From NCBI GenBank assembly GCA_032718475.1, contig JAUCBJ010007059.1, forward strand, positions 1 to 45,857: a stretch of 45,857 nucleotides of DNA, in the 5' to 3' direction. Both the position numbers and the translations under genes were made by a program. Origin of the DNA: Nemertoderma westbladi (Eukaryota; Animalia; Xenacoelomorpha). Positions 34,800 through 45,857 of this stretch are shown piece by piece. The notes under the pieces are model-generated. The model saw only the letters and a list, made by a program, of their open reading frames with translations. It was not told the origin of the DNA and ran no database searches. Every line of letters starts with the position of its first letter. The stretch's first letter is position 1.

Positions 34800-35965
34800 G
34801 GTACAGGTGGAATGGCCACCAAATCCAGTTCATCATGTAAAACTCGGGCGGCCTCGGCGCCTGTCTCTATGTTTTGACTCCACAAATCGGTTACCACAGC
34901 AGTCCTTGTTGAGGATCTAGCGGATAGTGGAATCTCCATTATGGTGGACGATATTGAGAGAAAATCACATCATGAAAACAGGTCAAACAGCTATAAGATT
35001 TCGATCCCTCGAGATTACTATCAGAAGGCGCTTGCACCGGAAACATGGCCTTCCGGAGTATGTGTTCGCCCGTGGAGGTATTCCTGTATTCTCGGTATAA
35101 TCGGAATTATCAAGAGCTGGATGATGGTTTAGCAAAATAACTTGCTACATACAGTATGTATATATTCTGCAATTGTTTATTTTTTAAACTTATGTTATAT
35201 ATTTCTAATTATTTTTACAATGGCTACTTCCACTAACTCTATTTTTATTACTCCCCGCGATATGTTAGACTCAAGTATCATTTCTATAACGTATTTTAAC
35301 AGCACAGGCTTATCACCAGATAAGGTCGAATTTATTAAAGTTTTATTAATGGGAAGTGATATAGTATGTTTGCAAGAGCATTTTGTCTTGCATGATAATT
35401 CATACCGCTTTATTACAAGTGCAGTGCATATTACAACCAGCTACTGTACTTATCCAGATAATGTTTTAGGTGCTGGTAGACCATCCGGTGGCCTTTGTTT
35501 TATATTTAAAAAGCATGTTCAAAAATATATATCCCATGTTAAGGTTACAAACTCTAGGTTACAGACTATTCGGATAAATATTCCGGGATCTAAACAAATA
35601 TTAATCATTAATTCTTATTTTCCTGTGGACAACAGAGGTAACAATGTATCCGACGAGCTACTTACATTGATTAATGATATTAAATATCTTATAACGTCAT
35701 ATGATTTATCTGATATATTACTTGTTGGTGATATCAATGCGGATTTTGCTCGCCAGTCTATGCATATTAATGTAGTTAACCAGTTATTACAAGAATTTAA
35801 TTTTAACTCGAGTTTGGGATTTAAATCCAGTTGATTTTACTTACGTTTTTCAAAGAGATCAGTCTGTCCACTTTTCAACTTTAGATCACTTTTTTATTAA
35901 CTCAAGTTTATGTAATAATATTATTGATTCTGGTGTAATTCATCATGGTGCGAATTTATCTGGGC

Positions 35966-36345
35966 GGATCTCTCATATGGATAAGAAATACAAAGACAAA
36001 ATTGTTAACATTGATATTGTAAAACATTATGTGAAGAATTGTTCGAAATTGGAAAATAAACATCCAACTGAAAACAAATCAGAAACAGGAATAAATATTG
36101 AATCAAATGACAAAGAGGATGATAACGAACAGTCAGTCAGACTGTTCGTTATCATTACTTGAGATTACCATCGACAGTTACTGGAAGTAGCTCGACATTA
36201 TTACTGGAAGTAGTGAGGAAGACTTATGACTTTACGTATGAACCTGAACCCCCAGAGCAAATTACTTAGAAGGTCGACTAAAGAACTTAGACCCGTTGTC
36301 AGATATGGAGACGAGGCGAAGTAAATGGTTTATTTATAAGGGGGA
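35966..36345 (+). pseudogene. Integrase C-terminal tail followed by a PPT, probably the 3' end of the outer LTR element
   Basis: KIVNIDIVKHY...RRSTKELRPVVRYGDEAK* then AAGGGGGA-TG. Confidence 0.55.
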
Positions 36346-36873
36346 TGTGAGAAGGGTAGAATTTCTTAGATAGACCAGTAGTCTGTCTATCTAGGGGGAT
36401 GTAGTGTTATTATTTATTAGTTGATTGATTGTTATTATTTGTGTGGTGCCTTTTGTGTGAGATTGGTTTTGTGTGATTCAGCTGGCAGGCTGGGTTGGAG
36501 AAATAGCTGATTGTATGTGTGAGGGTATGTGTGGATGAAGGAGAGAGAGGAAGAGTTCAGAAGGTTAGGTGAATTGGTGATGGGTTGATTAAAAAGTTAT
36601 TTAATGTGCTATTTTATATATTTTGATATTGACTTAAGATTTTAGCGATTTAGATATTATCTTGGTGTTTTCTCGTTTACACTGCTTTAGGCTACCGTTA
36701 TCCTGGTTGTTTTGGATAGAATTTCGTCGAGATACCCCATTTATTAAATTAGATTAAATTTTTAGATTATTTTTAAATAGATTAAATAATTTGTCGAGAT
36801 CTTAATATAATTTAATATTGGTGAGATGTATGATGTGATTAGCACAGTAGCAGGATGGAGGATAAACAGAGAG

Positions 36874-37525
36874 ATTACAGGATTAATAAAGGCAAGGAAG
36901 GGTCTTTCACCACGTGGATATATAAAAAATGAAGTTAATTATTTACCGTATGGCCATTTCACCCTCGCGGGCGTCTTCAGCGGTATATTCCATTAAAATC
37001 GCGTTAAAATATAATTAAATTTAAAAATTAGTTCACAATTTAAAAGTTTAGGGTACCTACCAAGCAGCATTTACAGTAAAATAATGGGAAATTTACATTG
37101 AAATAATTAGATAACCAAGTTGGTTATCTTTTAGCAACTACTGTAAAGGTGCAACATACCGTACACACGGTACACGTATGCAGCCTGATGACAGGCAGTC
37201 AGTGCTTAGGCTGTAGCGCTGTAACCCCACCACAACTATGCAACTGCACTACCGGTACTCACAACGTTTTACTGTTTTAATTAGGCCCCTAATTATTTCA
37301 ATGTAAATTTCCCATTATTTTACTGTAAATGCTGCTTGGTAGGTACCCTAAACTTTTAAATTGTGAACTAATTTTTAAATTTAATTATATTTTAACGCGA
37401 TTTTAATGGAATATACCGCTGAAGACGCCCGCGAGGGTGAAATGGCCATACGGTAAATAATTAACTTCATTTTTTATATATCCACGTGGTGAAAGACCCT
37501 TCCTTGCCTTTATTAATCCTGTAAT
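36874..37525. repeat. 237-bp perfect inverted repeat with a 178-bp spacer (MITE/foldback-like)
   Basis: 36874-37110 is the reverse complement of 37289-37525; no mismatch seen. Confidence 0.95.
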
Positions 37526-37810
37526 TATGAATACGCCACGTAAAACGTCGTTCCGGTTAATCCAAAACCTAAGTTTAAACAGAGAGATGGGAGACCTCTC
37601 CACTGCTGCACTGTCTGATAGTCAGATAATGCAGTAGGCCTAGTGGCTTCCTGACTAATGCTGTAATGCAGTAATGACTGATTCCGTGATACCACAAAGA
37701 TGAAAAGCATTATGGACTAAAAAACCAAATTGCGTAGGCCTAATTAAATTAGCCTACTGACTAGGAAAATAAATTCATTCTAAAATATGTTTTTTTATTG
37801 TAAATTTTCA

Positions 37811-37907
37811 GATTATAGCTCGTTATAGGTGGTTATAGCTGTAGGCCTATAGCTTGTTATAGGAAGTTATAGCCCGTTATAGATCGTTCTACCTTTTAGC
37901 ACGTACC
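37811..37907. mobile_element. Solo end of a relative of the foldback element
   Basis: 10-bp (gttatagNNN) repeats ending TTTTAGCACGTACC, compared with TTTTAGCACCTACC at 25082-25095. Confidence 0.6.
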
Positions 37908-39086
37908 TAGGCTATGTGTTAAACTTCAAATTCAAAGTATTTTTTGCCCTACCCTGCTACCGGTACGGTAGGCCTACTTAATTAAATAAGAAATTCAAAT
38001 CCACATTTCCTCGAAATACTGAAATAGTAAAAGCATATTTTTCCGCGACCTTCGGCCTCGAAAATAATACCGGTACAGTAATAGGCCTACTGTAATATGC
38101 TTTAACTCTGACAGTCCATCTGAACTATGGTACCGGTCTGCCGGTAGGCTTTCTATCCCTATCATATCGATCATGCCTATTCCTCGAAAATTCGGATTAT
38201 GAATGGGAGAATATTTTCGGCTCGGCCAAGGAATTGGGAATGCCTGTTCACCACCACTGCAGCACTGCACCATGGGTACCGGTAATCTTCTTCTATGATC
38301 TTCCACAGTTCAGCAGTTCTGCAGTTGACAGTACGAGTACGGCTGTCAGGCTGTACGGTCTGACGGTACGGTACCGGCTGACCGGTAAAACCCTTCCACT
38401 ACTCCTGTACTCTGCTACTCTACCAGTCTACTGCAATATGTTTTAGGGCCTATCTGCCTATATATTTGCCTTGGTCTGTTCAGCTGTTGGTTGGTTCCCA
38501 TTTCAGCATTTATCTGTTTATCGACCAGTGAAGCGAGGATGAAAGCTGAAATCCCGGATTGGGCCTGGCCCAACCCGGTAACCCGGATTTATAAAGTCAG
38601 ATAAAAAAACTTACTTTCTTTTTGTAAAAAAAATAGTTATAAATAAGCCTACCGGTAGCGCGGTAGGCATACTTTAAATAAGTAATATAGGCCCTATACC
38701 GGTAGGCCAATAATTGTAATTACACCCAGAATTAGGCCTATTTAATTAGAATTATATGCCCCTACTGCCCTAATTAGGCCTACAGAATTACCGGTAATTA
38801 TTAGCCTATAAATTAAAGCCCTAATCCTGTAATCTAATTCCATTCTACAGTTCTAATAGGCCTACTAATACTGTAATAGGTCTGCCTATACATCTATATT
38901 AATATAAATAATAGTCTGCTGATAATATATCAATGATAATTGTTAAGCCAGAATACTGGAATGATAATATGGATTTCTTTACCTTACTTAATATTGCAAC
39001 AATTTGACAATATGATTCAACAAAGGAAGAGAAAATAATATCATGCTACTGGAAACCGAGTTCTGTTCTTTCGATCTGTGTCTGCG

Positions 39087-39851
39087 ATGACGTTTGAAAA
39101 AATCATTGGATGTGGTGTATCTTTATCTTCAGGGTCTGCAACGAAATGGCGTTTGATGTTTTGCTTTATTGTGGTAACTGGCCTGATATTTCTGTTGTCA
39201 AACTTTTATATTTTCCGCTATAATGCCGTTGCTACAGGGACCATATCTATTAATAGAATAGCAATATTACCTAAACCTAAAATCCATCATATTTACGAAC
39301 AAGAAGTCACATTAAATATTACTAATTTTACCAGTCAACCATTATTAGTCACCGGTAGTACCAATGATTATAAGACTAGTACCGGCGTTGATGATTTGCA
39401 AATTGACAATAACACTGTACTGATACAACTGGATTCAGGTACTACTGGTACCGGCAATGTATGCCTGGACTTTAACGCATCTCAAAATTTTACAGTTGGA
39501 GATTTTAATGAAACATTCGACAATAGCGACTATCTTTATTGGCAGGGGCAACTTGATAATCTTCTAGACGTCCAAGCCAACCACAACGTGTCGGACTTCA
39601 TTAATCACACACTAAATGAATTTGGCGTTAAAACTCTATACGGGAAACCAATTCATTGGGTTTTCTGGGATAATGATAACACTCGGCCTGATTTTGAGAA
39701 TCTTTGTTTAACAACTTTGCGTTGCCAACAGCAACCTGAATTTATTGTGGTTTTAGTGAATGATTCAACTATTGGTCGGTTTATTCCTGACCTTCATCCG
39801 GCCTTCTCTTACCTTATTGGTGCCCACAAAGCAGACTATTTCAGGGGTGAG
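39087..39851 (+). CDS. First coding exon of glycosyltransferase paralog 2 (type II membrane GT32/DXD, capsular-polysaccharide-synthesis-like)
   Basis: N-terminal TM WRLMFCFIVVTGLIFLLSNFYIF; stem rich in N-x-S/T; IHWVFW...LCLTTL...VLVND...LHPAF..L..AHKADYFRGE; donor GAG|GTATGT. The start codon is uncertain. Confidence 0.85.
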
Positions 39852-40160
39852 GTATGTATAAATTATATTGGCTACCAATTAAAGTCACACCAAAATTGGC
39901 GAAAATTTCAACAAAAACCTTTTATAACACTAATTCAAATAATGTCACCCCAAATATAATTATAATTTATAATTATAATTTTTAAATACCAATAATAATT
40001 ATTCAACACCAAAATAAATGACAAAACCCCCAAAATATATACAAATTGTCCCAAAATAAATACATTTCCCCCCAAAATAAATGCTTATTCCCCCAAAATA
40101 ATAAAATATACTACCAAAATTAACCGACTCTTAGTTACAGACTCAGTTGAAGACCATTGG

Positions 40161-40441
40161 TACGAGTATCGTCGGGTGAGTACAAAACAAAGACCCAAGA
40201 CTTTACTGCCCGTTCTGTACAATACAAACAAAGAGGTAAAGTCGCATTAGGTCCCAAAGAGCGTTTAGGTCCCATTGGTTTTTAAAGGAGCAGCGGAGCA
40301 GGTTACAGAGGCGTGTTGGGGGAACTAAAACCATACCGGCTGACCGGTAAAGTAAAGTTAACACATGTTACAAGATTACTGTATGCTGGTTAATTAATTG
40401 GGTCTTTCTTTTGTAGGCCCTACTCACCCGAGGATCGTCGG
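40161..40441. mobile_element. Degenerate intronic MITE-like element
   Basis: tcgggtgagtacaaaacaaagacccaa versus the reverse complement of ttgggtctttcttttgtaggccctactcacccga. Confidence 0.5.
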
Positions 40442-40790
40442 TATAATATGTTTAAAAATGTTGTTTGTTTTATGGAAATAAATAATGAATGAATTTGTCT
40501 AAATAAATTTTCTATAAATTATTTGGTGCTATTGTTTTTGTTTGACAAGTAATTATTTTAGGGAGATTGAATATATAATTGCTTTTGGGGGATGAATAAT
40601 CGTTTTTATAGAGCATAGGTAACTGCCAAAAGAGAGGAACATAGGAGTTTCTCTTGTGTTTTTCGCTTTTCACGTACACAGCACAGACAACGTTTTTTGT
40701 GCATATGCAATATCGAACTATAAATAATAGGCCTATTACGTTTGAATCCACCGCGATTATTTACGAACGTTGAACTATTGTGTCCCCCAG

Positions 40791-41037
40791 ATTCTTAGAT
40801 TGTACGGTGGAGTCTACACCGACATTGATATCATCGCTGTCAACTCAAGTTATTCGCGTTACCTATACCTTCGCGATAATGACGTGTCGTTATGTACAGA
40901 GCACAGGGAGGGTTCAAAGACAACCATGGGAATAATTGGACCAATGCGAGCTGGGACTCCGTGGAGTGAAGAGTGGATGAAAAGGGTTCGCAAAGTATTG
41001 GATGATCGGTTAGAAAAGTTAAAGGAGCACCCTAGAG
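40791..41037 (+). CDS. Second coding exon of glycosyltransferase paralog 2, carrying the DXD motif
   Basis: tgtcccccAG acceptor; splicing gives ADYFRGE|ILRLYGGVYTDID (GT32 signature D..R...L..YGG.Y.D.D); donor AG|GTGAGT. Confidence 0.92.
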
Positions 41038-41565
41038 GTGAGTTAGATTAGTTAATGGCGCCCCCTAGAGGTGAGTTAGATTAGTTAATGGCGCCCCCTA
41101 GAGGTTAGTCAGATTAGACCTAGTTAATGGCGCCCCTTGAGGTGAGTTAGATTAGACCTAGTTAATGGCGCCCCCTAGAGGTGAGTTCGATTAGACCTAG
41201 TTAATGGCGCCCCTTGATGTGAGTTCGATTAGACCTAGTTAATGGCGCCCCCTAGAGGTGAGTTAGATTAGACCTAGTTAATGGCACCCCCTAGAGGTGA
41301 GTTAGATTAGTTAATGGCGCACCCTAGAGGTTAGTTAGATTAGTTAATGGCGCCCCCTAGAGGTGAGTTAGATTAGACCTAGTTAATGGCGCCCCCTAGA
41401 GGTGAGTTAGATTAGTTAATGGCGCCCCCTAGAGGTGAGTTAGATTAGTTAATGGCGCCCCCTAGAGGTGAGTTAGATTAGTTAATGACGCCCCCTAGAG
41501 GTGAGTTGGATTAGTTAATGGCGCCCCCTAGAGGTGAGTTAGATTAGTTAATGGCGCCCCCTAGA
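41030..41565 (+). repeat. 33/39-bp minisatellite containing the exon's 5' splice site, left part (~16 units)
   Basis: (ccctagagGTGAGTtagatt[agacct]agttaatggcgcc)n; the first unit overlaps the exon end. Confidence 0.95.
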
Positions 41566-42168
41566 CAGGGTTGTTTGATTTAAATCATTTGATTTAAATC
41601 ATGATTTAAATCACATAAAAAAATGAAAAAAATCAGATTTTTTGATTATTTTGATTTTTTTTAAAGCATGAATTTTATCAACTATGCTTTAAGGCCAGAG
41701 GAAACATTGTATTATTGATTATTAATAAATGAGTCAAATTATCTACATATTTACATGAAAATACAGTACCATGTCGCATTTCAAATACCTACCATCATAC
41801 ATACAGTATACTATACAGTATCCACAGTCCCAGATAATTTCCATTGCTTTATATTAGCTTAGTTTACTGGTATATACTGGTAGTACTGAAGACACTGAAG
41901 TAGGCCCACATAGTATGTACCGGTCAGTATATCACACTTGCCGGTTCATTGTTTCCCTGGCAGACAGAAAGCTTGTAGGCCTACTGGTCTAGTGAGACTG
42001 ATAAAGCAGTAATTAGAGGCATATGCCAGTACTGCAGTATGATATGCTGTAAGCTATTTTACAGTTTTTATTATTTTTAACAGTATTGCTATTTTACATG
42101 CTAAGTTTATAGGCCTATATAATTATATTATTCTGCCGTTCTATTTTGATATTAATTAGCTGATTAGT

Positions 42169-43883
42169 ATGTCTGGGCGTAAGCAAGATGACATTTGGAG
42201 GCAATTTAATAAAACTGTTACGATTGGGAAAGCAGGCTGCCGTGCAACTTGCAAGGAATGCGGTAAAGAATTGCAAGGCCTAGTGACTCGTTTAAAACAT
42301 TATATAAGCATCTGTACCGGCAAAGTGAATGTGATTGAAGAAGGTGGGAATTGTATATAGCTAGCGGTACCAACGACAACCGATGAATCATGGAGTGTTT
42401 CTACCACTAGCCTCAAGCGTTCAGAAACAGACACTCCTCATTTAGAACCAAACACATTACGAAAGGTACAAAAACAGGGGACAATGAATAAATTCGTTTG
42501 CAAGACATCGAAATCAGAGAAAGATCTGTTAGATTTACAGGTAGCTCGTTTTATATATGCCACCAATACATCATTCAACTCTGTTTCTCACCCAGAATTT
42601 ATTGCACTGATCGAGATGTTACGGCCTGGGTACAAACCCCCAAGCAGGTTTGATGTTAGTAAAAGATTGTTGGACATAGTACATGATCATGTAATGTCAA
42701 AGTGTAAGGAGAAGCTGGATAATAGGGATGTTTGTATGTCCTTGGATGGTTGGAGTAATGTTCGAAATGATTCCCTAATCTGTATGTCTGTCACTACTCC
42801 AGATGGAGATACATTTCTTACTGAAACCATTGACACTGCTGGAAAATCACACACTGGAGACTACTTGCAAGAGGTTGCAGAAGAAGCACGTGATTCCTGT
42901 GAGAAAGAGTTTGGCTGTTCTGTTCGAAGCTTTGTCACAGCCAATGCATCAAATATGGGTATACTAAGAAAAAATTTAATGAAAAATGATGAACATATTG
43001 TGACCTACGGATGCACAGCCCACGTTTTAAATCTTTTTGCTCAGGATGTGGAAATTAAGGGTGTCCAGGAACATATCCGATCGATAGTCAAGTACTTCCG
43101 CAATCACCACCTGCCAGCTTCATGGTACAAGTCAACTGGAGGGAAGGCTCTCATTATGCCGCAAGAAGTCCGTTGGAATACGATGTCTGATTGTCTAGAG
43201 CGATATTTAGAGAGTTGGCCTCTATTATTGAATATCTGTGAAGAACATCGGAGTGACATAGACAGTACAACAGCAGCGAAAGTGAAGAATATTAGCATCA
43301 AACGCAATGCTGAAGATCTCCTTGCCCGTCTGAAACCAATTGCAGTTGCCTTCATCGCGTCCAAACTTCTACTTGTTCAATTGGAATGGCAGTTGATGTC
43401 TGGGAAAGACTTGGTGAAGATCTGAATGGTCAACCAGCATCTGTAATGAAGCACTTCAAAGAAAGGAAATCCTTTGTACTTACTCCGGCACATTTCCTAG
43501 GCAACATTGTTGATCCGAGATATAGAGGTAAAAACTTGACAGTTGACGAAATGGACAGTGCTTTGACTTACGCAGGGCACAGAAAGATTCTTCCAACAAT
43601 TATTAACTATCGAGCTCAGACTGGCCCATTCAAGGGATATATGTTCTCTGACGAAGTAACACAATCTGTGAGTCCAATGGCCTGGTGGAAGTCCCAGGAA
43701 CAGGAGGTTGGTGAGAAGACATTATGAACGATCTACCAGCTGCTTAGTGCTATGTCATCAAGTGCCAGCCTTGAGAATATTTTCTCCACATTTGGATTTA
43801 TTCACTCCAAAGTACGTAATCGTTTGGGTGTAGAAAAGGCAAGCAAGCTCGTATTCATTTACAAACTGTTAAATTCTAAATAA
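42169..43883 (+). pseudogene. Disrupted hAT transposase (BED zinc finger, DUF659-like catalytic region, dimerisation domain)
   Basis: IWRQF...CKEC...LKHYISIC; LDGWSN; FVTANASNM (catalytic D replaced by A); GCTAHVLNL; VRWNT; WWKS; SSASLENIFS; stops or frameshifts near 42360, 43350-43425 and 43727. Confidence 0.92.
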
Positions 43884-44117
43884 TAACTCCAACCAATCAG
43901 CCCCAATATCACTCACGAGTTATTTTATAATGTAATTAATAATTGTAATAATTCTAATAGCTATTTGTAATAATGTTTTAATTGTTTTAATTTGTTAATG
44001 TTGTAATTTTTTATATAATAATTGTAATGATTTCACTGTATTAATTAATTAAGTTGTATTAATTCTTTGTTTTGTTTACTTGGTTTATATTCGAATATTA
44101 AGAAGGTGCATTGGTAA

Positions 44118-45230
44118 GTCAAAGAATCTCCCCGCAGTCATGATTTTTGTGGACTTCAAGAAGGCATTCGACTCCATCCATAGAGGTAAAATGCTTGAAA
44201 TCCTAAGAGCTTATGGAATACCAGAAGTAATTGTTGCTGGCATTGGATTGTTATATTGTGACACAGAAGCGCAGGTACTCTCACCAGATGGTGAAACTGA
44301 GTTTTTCTCAATCCTGGCTGGCGTACTGCAAGGTGACACATTAGCACCATTACTATTTGTAATTGTGCTGGATTACGCAATGAGGACGGCCACAAAGGGT
44401 GAAGATCTGGGATTCACACTTCAAGAACGCAGAAGTAGCAGATATCCAGCAACTACAGTCACAGACACCGACTTTGCGGATGACATCGCCCTGCTCTCTA
44501 ATACGCTAGCAGATGCACAGCTTCTACTAAATAAAGTGGAGAGGGCTGCTAAGGAGGTTGGATTGCATATAAATGCTACCAAGACCGAATTCATGACCTT
44601 TAATGTTGATGGAAACTTGACAACCATTGATAATAATCAACTAAGGAAGGTCGATGACTTCCAGTACCTTGGATCATGGATAGAGAGTAGCAAAAAGGAC
44701 ATAGAAATTAGGAAAGCAAAGGCTTGGGTAGCTCTATCAAAAATGGATACCATCTGGAAATCAGATCTCTCCAGGCACCTGAAGACTAAGTTCTTTCGAG
44801 CCACAGTGGAAAGTGTATTTTTATACGGGGGTGAGACCTGGACACTGACTAAATCACTTGAACAACGAATTGATGGTTGCTACACAAGACTACTAAGGGC
44901 AGCCCTAAACATCAGCTGGAGACAACACATGACAAACGCCGAGCTTTATGGTACAATACCACCTGTATCAACCACCCTCCGTGAACGCAGATTAAGATTC
45001 AGTGGGCACTGCTGGCGAAGTAAAGACGAGGTCATACCAGATCTACTTCTCTGGCAACCAACTCATGGAAAGCGTAGTCGTGGACGACCTGCCATAACAT
45101 ATATATAGATCAACTTGAAAGGGATGCTGAACTTGGGAGAAACGAAATTGCGACAACTATGGAGAATCGGGAAGCCTGTAAAGATCTCATTTCCACTGTC
45201 CGAGTTCGCTCGACCTAGTAGTAGTAGTAG
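44118..45230 (+). mobile_element. 5'-truncated RTE-clade LINE inserted in the hAT; (TAG)5 tail; TSD CATTGGTAA
   Basis: RT motifs FVDFKKAFDSI, GVLQGDTLAPLLF, FADDIAL, YLGS, RRLRFSGH, GKRSRGRP; TSD at 44109-44117 and 45231-45239. Confidence 0.95.
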
Positions 45231-45402
45231 CATTGGTAAAGCCAGAAGTCTTCACAATGTTTTCATATCAATTCTGACTTAACTAAAAAAATATATTTTA
45301 AATCAAAAAAATCTCATTTAAATAAAAAAAATCTGATTTAAATAAAAAAAATCAGATTTTTTTGATTTTCTTTAAAAAAAATCATGATTTTTATCAATCC
45401 TG

Positions 45403-45611
45403 CCCCTAGAGGTGAGTCAGATTAGTTAATGGCGCCCCCTAGAGGTGAGTTAGATTAGTTAATGGCGCCCCCTAGAGGTGGAGGTGGGTTAGATTAGTTA
45501 ATGGCGCCCCCTAGAGGTGAGTTAGATTAGTTAATGGCGCCCCCTAGAGGTGAGTTAGATTAGTTAATGGCGCCCCCTAGAGGTGAGTTAGAATAGTTAA
45601 TGACGCACCCC
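45403..45611 (+). repeat. Right part of the 33-bp splice-donor minisatellite (~6 units)
   Basis: The same unit resumes in register after the hAT TSD. Confidence 0.95.
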
Positions 45612-45647
45612 ATTATAACTTTAACGCGCTAATAATCTTTACGACAG

Positions 45648-45738
45648 GAGAAGCCGGTTATCCTTTGTATTGGGGTGAAATCCTGGGTGCCATCGCCTTG
45701 CCTACCCTAAACCAAGGTGTCAGCTCCGGAATAATAAA
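45648..45738 (+). CDS. Third coding exon of glycosyltransferase paralog 2 (GEAGYPLYWGEILGAIALPTLNQGVSSGIIK); the gene continues past the window
   Basis: tttacgacAG acceptor, phase 1 matching the previous exon; donor AA|GTGAGT; homologous to 15965-16055. Confidence 0.9.
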
Positions 45739-45857
45739 GTGAGTGATTTACAGTAATAGTACCGGTACCGGTCCGTTATGATTTTTCGAGACCATTGAGG
45801 CAAATATACTCATTTATTATTATTAAAAACAAACAATTCAACAATTACAATTAAACA

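Larger units (their letters stand above)
28330..35965 (+). mobile_element. 3'-truncated LINE (CR1/L2-like): ORF1 split by a Gypsy insertion, plus the APE endonuclease part of ORF2
   Basis: ORF1 pieces F.PEEI..AK.KLF (28445-) and VVGT|GG...YKISI...WPSGVCVRPW rejoin across the TSD. APE motifs FNSTGL, DIVCLQEH, GRPSGG, INSYFP, GDINADF, TLDHF at 35220-35960. No RT follows. Confidence 0.85.
25234..36681 (+). mobile_element. Degenerate LTR retrotransposon (outer element of the nest); LTRs 25234-25511 and 36400-36681; TSD CTGC
   Basis: Near-identical ~280-bp TG..CA direct repeats; CTGC at 25230-25233 and 36682-36685; PPT AGGGGGA before the 3' LTR. Confidence 0.93.
41566..45402 (+). mobile_element. 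hAT DNA transposon with 8-bp TSD CCCCTAGA
   Basis: Termini CAGGGTTG...CAATCCTG; subterminal gatttaaat/aaaaatc repeats; CCCCTAGA at 41558-41565 and 45403-45410. Confidence 0.95.

Noticed and set aside
39852-39959. C-terminal part of ORF 39078-39959 as coding
   Set aside because: It lies after a GT donor; splicing to 40791 restores the conserved GT32 motif, so this is intron read-through.
44080-44117. Start of the 342-aa ORF as a genuine RT gene start
   Set aside because: It lies outside the RTE TSD in hAT sequence; the LINE is 5'-truncated.
41030-45611. Repeat-insert-repeat pattern as a CRISPR array or as LTRs of the insert
   Set aside because: It is a spacer-less minisatellite split by a hAT with clear TIRs and an 8-bp TSD.

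Overview
Eukaryotic (probably invertebrate animal) genomic DNA dominated by nested transposable elements, with spliced exons of two tandem paralogous GT32/DXD glycosyltransferase genes on the + strand (last two exons of copy 1 at 15965-16055 and 18281-18512; three exons of copy 2 at 39087-45738). Positions 1-13327 hold a minus-strand BEL/Pao LTR retrotransposon. Its roughly 2,850-codon gag-pol is broken by two TGA stops and one homopolymer frameshift. Downstream of pol lie an array of about 18 x 36-bp hairpin repeats and an intact 849-aa extra ORF in the env position. This ORF is not env: it shows RNase D/WRN/MUT-7-type DEDDy 3'-5' exonuclease motifs fused to three CCHC zinc knuckles, and it is the most interesting feature of the window. 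The rest contains a foldback-type element with 10-bp satellite arms holding a deleted CsRn1-like Gypsy, a three-layer nest (Mag-like Gypsy in a LINE in an atypical LTR element), MITEs, LINE relics, and an RTE LINE inside a hAT transposon inside a minisatellite built from an amplified splice donor. All family calls come from motifs recognised by eye; no database search was run.
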